Below are positions 18,031 through 26,680 of a stretch of DNA of 64,000 nt, in pieces. Below the pieces are notes generated by a model. The model did no database searches. It was not told where the DNA came from and saw only the letters and a program-made list of their open reading frames with translations. Source of the stretch: an uncultured Bacteroidales bacterium (GTDB taxonomy: Bacteria > Bacteroidota > Bacteroidia > Bacteroidales > F082). The stretch lies in assembly GCA_905233445.1 (NCBI GenBank), contig CAJOEP010000002.1:23108-87107 (forward strand), in the 5' to 3' direction. A program made the translations under genes and the position numbers. Position 1 is the stretch's first letter. Each line of letters opens with the position of its first letter.

Positions 18031-20187
18031 TTAAATATTTTTTGTCATTTTTAATACATTTTTATTATCGAGGCGCTGATAGTGCACCTCATCCATCAGT
18101 TTACGCACCATGAAGATGCCCAAGCCTCCAATAGGGCGCTCGTCGGCCGAGAGGGTGATGTCGGCTTCAGGAGCTGCGGTAGGGTCGAAAGGCACGCCGC
18201 TGTCGGTTATAATGAATTCTAACGAGTGCTCCATCACTATGGCATCAATATCCACCAGTCCGTCGGTTCCTTTAGGATAGGCATAGAGGATGACGTTGGT
18301 GACAGCCTCCTCCAGCGCCAGGTTGAGGTTCATAGCAAGAGTCTCATCCAGCTTTTTCTCTTCGGCTATCTTCTCAATAAACTCGGCAAGCAGTGAAATC
18401 TGCTTTATGTCGTTGTGAAGCTCCAGATGACGCTCCTGTTGTGCCGGAACGACATGAGCCAGATAGTGGATAAAGAGCATAGTGAGGTCGTCGCTCTGCG
18501 GAGCCTCGCCAACAAATTGAGACACCTGTTGTTTGATGTTTTCCAGATGATCTGATGAGCGTTTTCTTCCGTGAAGAGCCTTCTCTATCCTATCCTCGCC
18601 AAACTGTTCCTTTGTTGCGTTTTCAGCTTCCGAGAGACCGTCGGTATAGAGGAAAAGCGCGTCGTCGTAAAGGAAAGGCGTCTCTTGTTCGATGAAATCC
18701 ACCCCTTTCATGATGCCTATCGGGAGGTTTGGCTCCACTGGCAGCACCCTGATGGCATCAGTGAGTATCATTGGCGGGTTATGACCTGCGTTGCAGTAGC
18801 GCAGTTGACCTGCGCTCAAGTCAAGGACACCACAGAAAAATGTGACAAACATGCTTCTCTCATTGGCCTCCGACATAGTGTTATTCATCGAGGTGACGAT
18901 TTTTGCAGGGCTGTCCTCATGAGCCGACATTGCACGAAACAGGCTACGGGTAACCGCCATTACCAGAGAGGCAGGGATACCTTTACCCGAGACGTCGCCT
19001 ATGCAGAAAAACAGCTTCTCGTCGCGGATAAAGAAGTCATACAGGTCACCACCCACTTCCTTCGCGGGAATGATGGATGCAGCGAGGTCCAAGTCTTTCC
19101 GTTCCGGGAAAGGCGGAAAAGTCTTTGGAATCATCGACATCTGAATCTCCCGAGCAATATGCAGCTCGTTTTCAATTCGTTCTTTTTGCTCGTTGATGCG
19201 CTGGTATTTGGCACGATTTTTGGCAACAACCCTAAGAATGATAATAATCATCGACAAACCCAACAGTTGCAGCAATTGCACATTCATTGCCATTCGGCGG
19301 ACGCCGCTGTAAAGATCCTTTTCGGGAAGCACAATCGACAGCGACCAGCCTGTTCGCTCCACAGGTGCAAAATACACGTGGTTGATTTCTCCTTGATATT
19401 TGACCGGCATCTCGCCATATTGCCCGGCCAACATGGCTTTGTTGACACGGTCGAGGGCTTTATAGTCATCTGATTCCAAGGCAATCTGGTCTATGGTGGC
19501 TTTCATAGTCAAGTTTTCGACAGTGCATACCATTATATTTCCGTTACGGCTAACAACCATGTTGAAAGCGTTTGGATAAACCTTCATTCTTTCTATGAGT
19601 TCCGCTAGCCACTCCAACGAGATGTCGGCAGTCACGATGGCGGCTATCTTACCGTTTCTGTCTTTTACCGGCATGGAAAATGTCGTCATCAGGATGTCGC
19701 CTCCATTTTCGTCGAAATAAGGCTCCGACCAGTAGCCTTCGTCCATCTCAATGGGTTTGGTAAACCATTCCGACGATGGATAGTCATATTCTTCGGTGGC
19801 CAGTGAAAGCATCTTTATTTTGCCAGTCTCATCGTCTCTCATGGCGTATGGGGCATACAAAGGATATTTCTCGCTGTAGCCTGGAACCAGCGCCATGGTC
19901 GATCCAACCACGACAGGATTCTCGCTCACTATTCTTTGGGGAATACGTTTCAAACTGTCGGGAGTTTCCAGGCACCATTCCGCAACCCATATACTGTTGC
20001 GAACGGCAGCTTCGGCCTGGTTCACAACATCCATGATTTTGTTTTCGGCACTTTTCAGCTCACTCGCAGCGCGGAGCGAGGCCTCTTTTTTGATTTCCCT
20101 TTGGGAATAGTGATATTGGATGATAAATGTGGCCTCTAACGTTAAAACAGCCACAATCACCAACAACAATCCGGCTTTGAGTTTCAT
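18031..20187 (-). CDS. Membrane sensor: Cache-like periplasmic domain + PP2C/SpoIIE phosphatase + RsbW-like HATPase_c kinase fusion
   Basis: TM helix, about 270 aa extracytoplasmic, then a second TM helix. PP2C motifs GGDLYDF, GDVSGKG, TDGLSEA and SDDLT. C-terminal N-box EEAVTNVILYAY, DSGVPFD and GGLGIFMVRKL. Confidence 0.85.
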   Translation of the reverse strand: MKLKAGLLLVIVAVLTLEATFIIQYHYSQREIKKEASLRAASELKSAENKIMDVVNQAEAAVRNSIWVAEWCLETPDSLKRIPQRIVSENPVVVGSTMALVPGYSEKYPLYAPYAMRDDETGKIKMLSLATEEYDYPSSEWFTKPIEMDEGYWSEPYFDENGGDILMTTFSMPVKDRNGKIAAIVTADISLEWLAELIERMKVYPNAFNMVVSRNGNIMVCTVENLTMKATIDQIALESDDYKALDRVNKAMLAGQYGEMPVKYQGEINHVYFAPVERTGWSLSIVLPEKDLYSGVRRMAMNVQLLQLLGLSMIIIILRVVAKNRAKYQRINEQKERIENELHIAREIQMSMIPKTFPPFPERKDLDLAASIIPAKEVGGDLYDFFIRDEKLFFCIGDVSGKGIPASLVMAVTRSLFRAMSAHEDSPAKIVTSMNNTMSEANERSMFVTFFCGVLDLSAGQLRYCNAGHNPPMILTDAIRVLPVEPNLPIGIMKGVDFIEQETPFLYDDALFLYTDGLSEAENATKEQFGEDRIEKALHGRKRSSDHLENIKQQVSQFVGEAPQSDDLTMLFIHYLAHVVPAQQERHLELHNDIKQISLLAEFIEKIAEEKKLDETLAMNLNLALEEAVTNVILYAYPKGTDGLVDIDAIVMEHSLEFIITDSGVPFDPTAAPEADITLSADERPIGGLGIFMVRKLMDEVHYQRLDNKNVLKMTKNI

Positions 20188-21014
20188 AATATAGATGTTA
20201 ATGCTGCGCGAAATATTGGCATAGGTTGTTTGACGTCTCTTTCAATGATTAAGGTCTTGAGTCCGGCGTATGGTCGGATTATCTCCTCAATTTCCTTCAG
20301 CGGGATACCTTTTCCGAAATATGCCGGCGCAAAATACTCCCAGAATTTTAAGGCAAGAGCCTTCGACATGTGGAAGGTCTCTTGGATGAATGCCTCGTCG
20401 TCAAGGCAGCAGCAGAGATAAGGCATACCCATATCGAAGAGGTGGTTGCCCCAGCAGAAATCGCCTAAGTCGATGAAATAACGCTTGTCGCCGACAAAGA
20501 TGACATTGCTGAATTGGAGGTCGCCGTGGATGGCTGTGTCCTCGTCAGGCGTATCGGCTATAAAACGTGCCAACTTATCCTTTTCAACCGTCGTGAAGAA
20601 TGGATTCTCCTGCAGCAGGCGATAGTAACGGTCCTTTACGTTTTCAAACTGCTTGGTATCAACATGAGTAGCATGCAGTTTGAGGCACATCTGAGCAAAT
20701 TCTTCGGCAAACTGTGCCACCTTTTCGGGCTCGTCGGCTGTGGCGCGCGAATACGATTTCTTGCCCAATATACGCTTAAAACGGATGCCGTAGCGGCCGT
20801 CTTCGGTCACCACATATTCGCCTGGTTCCGGCGTCGGGATGCCCATTTCATAGACTTTCCGGGCGAGGTTCATCTCATCCAAAGGCTGTTGGATCTTGCC
20901 CGAAAAATATAGTTTCAACATCACCGACGGGTCGGTCTTGTGGTCGTAGCTCTCACCGTTGGCGCCGCCTCCGGAAAGAACATAGTCGTTGAGAGATATC
21001 TTGATAGCTTCCAT
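20184..21014 (-). CDS. APH/choline-kinase-like phosphotransferase (paralogue 3)
   Basis: IHGDLQFSN, FIDLGDF and MGIPTPEP. Shows 4-nt ATGA and 1-nt TAATG overlaps with its neighbours. Confidence 0.8.
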   Translation of the reverse strand: MEAIKISLNDYVLSGGGANGESYDHKTDPSVMLKLYFSGKIQQPLDEMNLARKVYEMGIPTPEPGEYVVTEDGRYGIRFKRILGKKSYSRATADEPEKVAQFAEEFAQMCLKLHATHVDTKQFENVKDRYYRLLQENPFFTTVEKDKLARFIADTPDEDTAIHGDLQFSNVIFVGDKRYFIDLGDFCWGNHLFDMGMPYLCCCLDDEAFIQETFHMSKALALKFWEYFAPAYFGKGIPLKEIEEIIRPYAGLKTLIIERDVKQPMPIFRAALTSIL

Positions 21015-21589
21015 TATTTGAAAACTTTATTGATTAACGATTCGAATTCTTTATAAGCCACGGTGTCTTCCAACTCGCGTAATGCGTCGGCGAGTCCGCG
21101 GTAGTGCCATTCGTGTTCTTTGGGATCGTTGGTGTGAAAGCGGTTCCAGAGTGCATCTCCTATCTCATCATAGTCGCGGGCGATGGCACGCATGTTGGAG
21201 AGTTTGTCGCCCAAAGCCACCATCTTGGCATCGTGGCTGGCTTCTGAAAGGCGGTCGATGGCAGCCTGCTTGCGCTGGTGCCAGCTGTCTTCTTCGGTCA
21301 TGCCTTCAGGCATCACATCGCTTTCATCAGCCACCAGAGAGGCTATGCGCTCGCCAAACTCAGCCCTGAGTTGCTCCACCGTCACCTCGGTATCCTCCAC
21401 AGTGTCGTGCAATGCGGCTGCGGCAAGCAGTTCCTGGTCGGGAGTCATTGTTGCCACAATCTCCACGGCTTCCAAAGGATGCACAATGTAAGGATAGCCC
21501 TTGCCTCTACGTTCGGTATTGGAATGAGCCTTGACTGCAAAAACTATTGCGCGATCCAGAAGTTCGGTATTCAGATATTTGTTTGCCAT
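21014..21589 (-). CDS. HD-domain (p)ppGpp-hydrolase-like protein (small alarmone hydrolase type)
   Basis: YIVHPLEAVEIV and AAALHDTVEDT (the HD dyad). About 190 aa with no synthetase domain. Confidence 0.8.
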   Translation of the reverse strand: MANKYLNTELLDRAIVFAVKAHSNTERRGKGYPYIVHPLEAVEIVATMTPDQELLAAAALHDTVEDTEVTVEQLRAEFGERIASLVADESDVMPEGMTEEDSWHQRKQAAIDRLSEASHDAKMVALGDKLSNMRAIARDYDEIGDALWNRFHTNDPKEHEWHYRGLADALRELEDTVAYKEFESLINKVFK

Positions 21590-21593
21590 AATT

Positions 21594-22682
21594 TTACTTA
21601 TTCATAAATGGATAGTCACGAGCCTGTTCCATCAGGAAGTCGGCCATGAAAGCGTTATTTTCCGATGGGCCGTTCAAGGTGTCGAACATCAGTTTCAAGC
21701 CGGTCTTTCCGCCTCCGTTTTTGAGGATGAAAGCCGTGCAGAGGTTCTGTGGTGCCACCGACGATGACAGGATGTCCAGGTCGGTTATGCCCATCTGGAA
21801 ACAGGCAATCTGATAGGCGGCATCCGAAAAATCTTTCACCATCTTCTCAACATCGCCTAAGGTCTTGAAACCCATGGCTTTGAACAATGGGAGGAATGAC
21901 GACAGATCCACCTCCTGTATCTCAGCCTGATTGATTGATGCGATGCGGTGCATCAAAGCGTCGAAAGGTCCTATCTGGAGGTAGCTCTTGAACGAGTCGC
22001 CGTCGAGCAGCACCTCGTCGAGGTTGCCCGATGCCACCAGCGACTGCACCCTGCGCCTGTAGTCGTTAAGCTCCCTGCGGATGCGGCTGAACTCGTCGTC
22101 AACGAGCTCCAGCATACCTGCCAAACGGCTGAGGTTGCGCTTATACACCTTAGGAATCTCCACTCCGCTCTTGTAGCCAGTGTCATGGTTCATGTTCGAC
22201 CAAGCGTGCTGCAGTATGGTGCGCATCTGTACCTCAAAGCGTATCTTGTTGAACTCAGGGCGTCCTGGCATCGTATATGACGACTCGGGAATGCGGCAGA
22301 TATGATGCAATGAGAGGTATCCGAAGCTGTCAATATCGTGAATTTTACGCTTGTCGATGGAGTTCTCCCAGTCGATGTCGAAGAGGTGCTCGAGTATGGT
22401 TGCCACCTTATCCACATCGTCGGTGTAAAAAGTGATGACGCGCACGCCTACCAGGTCGGTGATATCGTATATGTCGCGATATTTTTCTCCCTTGAGCTTC
22501 AGCTTTCCCGCAAGCGATTTCTCGGCCTTCACGCGTTGCTCCACAGCCGCCACTATGATTCCCGTCTTGTCGAAAAAGTCTTTCAGCAATGCCGGAATCA
22601 CCTCCACCATCTTATTATAAACAGGCAGCAGGTTACGGTACTGGTCAAGCAGCTCTTCGTTATGTGATAATTTATTTTCCAT
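21594..22682 (-). CDS. RelA/SpoT-domain nucleotide pyrophosphokinase (small alarmone synthetase type) with about 150-aa C-terminal extension
   Basis: DLVGVRVITFY, GYLSLHHI and FEVQMRTILQHAWSNMNHDTGYK match the synthetase signature (EVQIRT..QH.W...H...YK). Confidence 0.85.
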   Translation of the reverse strand: MENKLSHNEELLDQYRNLLPVYNKMVEVIPALLKDFFDKTGIIVAAVEQRVKAEKSLAGKLKLKGEKYRDIYDITDLVGVRVITFYTDDVDKVATILEHLFDIDWENSIDKRKIHDIDSFGYLSLHHICRIPESSYTMPGRPEFNKIRFEVQMRTILQHAWSNMNHDTGYKSGVEIPKVYKRNLSRLAGMLELVDDEFSRIRRELNDYRRRVQSLVASGNLDEVLLDGDSFKSYLQIGPFDALMHRIASINQAEIQEVDLSSFLPLFKAMGFKTLGDVEKMVKDFSDAAYQIACFQMGITDLDILSSSVAPQNLCTAFILKNGGGKTGLKLMFDTLNGPSENNAFMADFLMEQARDYPFMNK

Positions 22683-23295
22683 AGTTACGGACGTTTTCAG
22701 CGATAAACGATGCCACTTTTTCTGGCTCCATGCCTGTCACATCAAAAACGAAGTTATAGTTGCGGGCGTCGTAGCGTGAGGTCTCGGCAACGGTCTGCAC
22801 GAAGTTGTCTCTTGCCTGGTCAACGCTATCAACCACCTTGGCGGCTTCTTTTGTGCTGAGATTCTGCTTCTTTGCGATACGTGCAATGCGGGCATCACGT
22901 TTTGCAATGATGAGGATGTGCAATGCGTTCGGGTCATCGCGGAAAATATGGAATCCGGCGCGGCCTACTATTATACAGCTTTCCTTTTCTGCCAATTCGC
23001 GCAGCAGGCGTTCTTCAGCGTAATAAACGCTTTTTGGCGTAGGGTCTGCGATGGCACCTGTAGTGTATCCGGCTGCTCCGAACTGCTGGTAGAAGCTGCA
23101 GAACTCGCTCCACCAGTTGGTCTTCTGCGCCTTGATTTTGTCCATCTCCTCAAGGGTGCAACCAAAACGCTTAGCCACAGCTTCAAGCACGGTGCGGCCA
23201 TATACCTTGATACCAAGTTTCTCTCCCAACAGGCGTGCAATCTCGCCGCCTCCACTGCCGCATTCGCGGTTGATAGTGATGATAATCTTGTTCAT
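22672..23295 (-). CDS. Cytidylate-kinase-like family P-loop protein
   Basis: MNKIIITINRECGSGGGEIA. Paralogue at 45111. Overlaps the downstream SAS gene by 11 nt. Confidence 0.7.
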   Translation of the reverse strand: MNKIIITINRECGSGGGEIARLLGEKLGIKVYGRTVLEAVAKRFGCTLEEMDKIKAQKTNWWSEFCSFYQQFGAAGYTTGAIADPTPKSVYYAEERLLRELAEKESCIIVGRAGFHIFRDDPNALHILIIAKRDARIARIAKKQNLSTKEAAKVVDSVDQARDNFVQTVAETSRYDARNYNFVFDVTGMEPEKVASFIAENVRNYGK

Positions 23296-23511
23296 TTTGC
23301 CCTGTTTATTTTTTTACAAAAATAAAAAATCTAATGCATACTTTTTTAATATACACAAATTGTCGAATGTTTTTCACAAACAATCGAATTAACAAATTGA
23401 TAATAAATAGACATTAGACAATAAGTGGTGCCTCAAAAACACAAAAAGTCGAATGATTTTCCACTTAAACTTACAAATAATTGCTTATCTTTGCACCCAA
23501 AATATATTGCA

Positions 23512-24438
23512 ATGGGCAACACTTTTTTCTTCACTTGGGAAGTCTCCTTGATGGAGTGGCTGCAGTCGCACATCGGCAGCACAGGAATATCGTTCATTTC
23601 AAACTTCTCCCTGTTAGGAGAAGAGCTACCTCTAGTCCTTATCGTAGGCTTCTTTTACTGGAGCTACAACAAGCAAATGGGCCGCTCCATTGGACTTATC
23701 GCCATCATGGGACTTATCTGGAACACCATGATTAAAAATATCGTCCTTCGCCGCCGGCCGTATTTCGACCACAAGAACATCAAGATTCTGCGTGTTGTCG
23801 ATCTGTCGGCCGACATCTACGACATTGCGGCCCAAGGCTACTCCTGCCCCAGCGGTCATTCGACCAATGTGGTTACGGTGTTCGGCTCGCTGGCTCTCAA
23901 CCTCCGCAAACGCTGGATGACGATTCTCGCCATCATTATACCGCTGCTCACGGGCTTTTCACGAGTGGTGGTGGGCGCGCACTATCCCACCGATGTACTG
24001 GGAGGTTGGCTGCTTGGATTGCTCAGTGTGATTATCGTTTACACTCTTCAAAAACGGATTAAAAGCACCCTCCTGCTCTACGGCATACTTTTAGCCACAA
24101 CCATTCCGGGTTTCTTCTACTGCAACAGTGCCGATTATTTCGCCGCGACAGGTCTCTTGATCGGTTTCATGGGCGCCACTCTCCTTGACGACTATTGCGT
24201 CCATTTTGAAAGCACTCGCAAGCCACTGTTGATGGCTGCCCGTTTGCTTGGAGGATTGGTGGTCTATATTGTTGTGAGCAAGCTGCTCAAGATGCCATTC
24301 TCAAAGGAATTTCTATCAGATAGCGGCACTGCCGCCATGATGGTGCGCTGCGCCCGCTACGCCATCGTCGCCTTCATCGATTTCGGCTTGTATCCAATGT
24401 TGTTCAAGTTTGAAAAAAATTCTAAACGAAATGACTGA
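23512..24438 (+). CDS. PAP2-family membrane phosphatase
   Basis: Motifs KNIVLRRRP, PSGHS and SRVVVGAHYPTDV. ATG at 23512. Confidence 0.85.
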   Translation: MGNTFFFTWEVSLMEWLQSHIGSTGISFISNFSLLGEELPLVLIVGFFYWSYNKQMGRSIGLIAIMGLIWNTMIKNIVLRRRPYFDHKNIKILRVVDLSADIYDIAAQGYSCPSGHSTNVVTVFGSLALNLRKRWMTILAIIIPLLTGFSRVVVGAHYPTDVLGGWLLGLLSVIIVYTLQKRIKSTLLLYGILLATTIPGFFYCNSADYFAATGLLIGFMGATLLDDYCVHFESTRKPLLMAARLLGGLVVYIVVSKLLKMPFSKEFLSDSGTAAMMVRCARYAIVAFIDFGLYPMLFKFEKNSKRND

Positions 24439-24454
24439 TAATAATAAGGTATAT

Positions 24455-24544
24455 ACCATCGAACCGATTCGTACCAGCCAAAGCTGGGACGGAGTCCAGC
24501 TCCTCCACCCATCCTACGGCAGCTACACCAAACCAACCAATTAA
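24455..24544 (+). pseudogene. N-terminal fragment of a cupin gene
   Basis: TIEPIRTSQSWDGVQL matches TELIRTSKSWDGAQL at the start of the cupin domain of 9080-10006. It has no start codon and only 29 codons. Confidence 0.5.
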
Positions 24545-24666
24545 CTCAACTGCGGAAAGTGTGTAAAAACACCCACTTTCCGCACCTGAGTTTTGCTTTT
24601 TTCATCAACATCCACCAAACTCAACTGCGGAAACTGATATTTTTTTTCACTTTCCGCACCTGAGTT
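24543..24666 (+). repeat. Two tandem copies of a ~50-nt hairpin (aactcaactgcggaaa...ctttccgcacctgagtt)
   Basis: Copies at 24543-24592 and 24618-24666. Each is an imperfect palindrome, and both lie directly upstream of the ATPase promoter box. Confidence 0.85.
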
Positions 24667-24709
24667 TAAAAAATATTTCATATCTTTGCAGCCAGAAAAC
24701 ATTATCACC

Positions 24710-26143
24710 ATGGATAGAAATTTGTTTATCGGACGTGAATACGAAATCCGCCAACTCGAAAAATACCGCGATTCAAAAGAATCCGAATTCGTAATAGTTT
24801 ATGGCCGTCGCCGTGTCGGAAAAACATTCCTTATCAAGGAATTCTTCGACGACACCTACGACTTTCACGTCACCGGGCTTTACAAAAAGCCCAAACAGAT
24901 GCAGCTCAAAAATTTCTATCTGGCATTGCAGGAATACGGTTCCAACCTCAAAAAAGTGCCGTCCGATTGGCTCGAAGCCTTCGAAGAACTCAAAAAACTC
25001 CTTAAAGGCATCAAAAAAAATCGCAAAAAGATAGTCTTCATTGACGAGCTCCCTTGGCTCGACACACGTCAAAGCGAGTTTCTTGGAGCATTTGAAGCAT
25101 TTTGGAACGGCTGGGGCGCTCAGCAAAACGATATCATGCTGGTTGTGTGCGGCTCCGCCACCACCTGGATCACCAAAAAAATCCTCTCCAACAAAGGCGG
25201 TCTGTTCAATCGCGCCGCACGTCGCCTGTTCCTCATGCAATTCACACTTCAGGAAACCGAAAAATACCTCATTTCACGTGGCATCAACTGGAACCGCTAC
25301 GACATCGTTGAGTGCTACATGACGATGGGCGGCATACCTTATTATTTAAAGCTTCTCGACAACGAGCTACCCTATCTCACCAATATCGACAACATATTCT
25401 TCAAGCGCAACGGCTCCCTTTGGGACGAATTCGACCATCTCTACGAAACACTCTTCGGCAACTCAAAGGCATATCTCAAAATCATCGATGCCCTTGCAAC
25501 AAAGAAATCAGGTCTCACCCGTTTAGAGATTATCAATGAAACCAAGTTGGAAGACAACGGACTCCTCACCGAGATGCTTAAAAACCTCAAAGACAGCCAG
25601 TTCGTAAGAGCCTACAACACCTTTGGTTACGGTGAGAAAAACGTCGTCTATCAATTGGCCGATTACTTCACCCTGTTCTACCTTCGTTTCATGAAAGGCA
25701 AACAAAACCCCGACGAACATTTCTGGACTCATTTTCTCGACAATCCGGCAAAGAACAGTTGGGCTGGCCAAACCTTCGAGCAAGTCTGCAAAGATCACAT
25801 TTCTCAAATCAAAAAAGCCATAGGCATCAATGCGGTGCTCACCGACATCTCATCCTGGCAAGGAAGTTCCGATAGTGGCAAAGCACAAATCGACCTCATC
25901 ATCGACCGTCGCGACCACGTCATCAACATATGCGAAATCAAATTCTCCATTAGCGATTATGTCATCGACAAAGACTACGAAGCAAAGCTTCGCCAAAAAA
26001 TTCAAGTCTTCCGCGAAGCCACCAATTCTCGCAAAGCCCTGCAGCTGGTCATGATCACCACCTACGGAGTCAAACCAAACGCCCACAGTGGCATCATGCA
26101 ATCACAAGTCAAAATGGACGACCTCTTTGCAAGTGCAAATTAA
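24710..26143 (+). CDS. AAA-type ATPase (archaeal-ATPase/DUF234-like family)
   Basis: Walker A YGRRRVGKT and Walker B IVFIDELPW. ATG at 24710 (the ORF-track start is TTG). Confidence 0.75.
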   Translation: MDRNLFIGREYEIRQLEKYRDSKESEFVIVYGRRRVGKTFLIKEFFDDTYDFHVTGLYKKPKQMQLKNFYLALQEYGSNLKKVPSDWLEAFEELKKLLKGIKKNRKKIVFIDELPWLDTRQSEFLGAFEAFWNGWGAQQNDIMLVVCGSATTWITKKILSNKGGLFNRAARRLFLMQFTLQETEKYLISRGINWNRYDIVECYMTMGGIPYYLKLLDNELPYLTNIDNIFFKRNGSLWDEFDHLYETLFGNSKAYLKIIDALATKKSGLTRLEIINETKLEDNGLLTEMLKNLKDSQFVRAYNTFGYGEKNVVYQLADYFTLFYLRFMKGKQNPDEHFWTHFLDNPAKNSWAGQTFEQVCKDHISQIKKAIGINAVLTDISSWQGSSDSGKAQIDLIIDRRDHVINICEIKFSISDYVIDKDYEAKLRQKIQVFREATNSRKALQLVMITTYGVKPNAHSGIMQSQVKMDDLFASAN

Positions 26144-26158
26144 CCCAAAGATTCCCAC

Positions 26159-26196
26159 GATTCCGAAGATTCCCACACATAGTAATCTTCGGAATC
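26159..26196. terminator. 13-bp perfect-stem hairpin after the ATPase gene
   Basis: gattccgaagatt ... aatcttcggaatc. There is no clear U-tract. Confidence 0.45.
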
Positions 26197-26229
26197 CCTT
26201 TGTAGTCTAAAATCAAAAACATAAAAAAT

Positions 26230-26506
26230 ATGGCAAGCATTCAGGATATTCACGCTTTTGAAGAAAAAATTTACGACATCGTTCAGTATTATATCGATGA
26301 AAATTATGATGTTGAAGATGTCTTAGCTATTAGTATGTTGTGGACGAATCAACATGAAAGCTGACGCAAAAGAAGCAATAAAGATTGGGAAAACCACAGA
26401 GATTTATCCTCTAAAGGATTTGGTGCGTTTAGATGACGAAGGTCAAAAAGAGCCTGATGTTGATAGGATAAATGACATCGCTAACAGTTGGGTGTTTTTA
26501 GATTAA
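26230..26506 (+). pseudogene. Small gene split into two overlapping ORFs (44 aa and 50 aa) by a +1 shift
   Basis: MASIQDIHAFEEKIYDIVQYYIDENYDVEDVLAISMLWTNQHES* overlaps MKADAKEAIKIGKTTEIYPLKDLVRLDDEGQKEPDVDRINDIANSWVFLD* at 26354-26364. Confidence 0.35.
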
Positions 26507-26680
26507 TAGCGGTAATCATTTTATGCTTTGATTGCAGAAAAAAAGATAAAATAATATGATTTGGCTTTAAAAAAGTTATGTATTTTTGCAACTGATTTTT
26601 AAAGTAATATTAAGGACATAAGCAAATCCTATAATATTAACAACATAACAGTAATTGGGTGTTTATTGAATAAATGTAAG

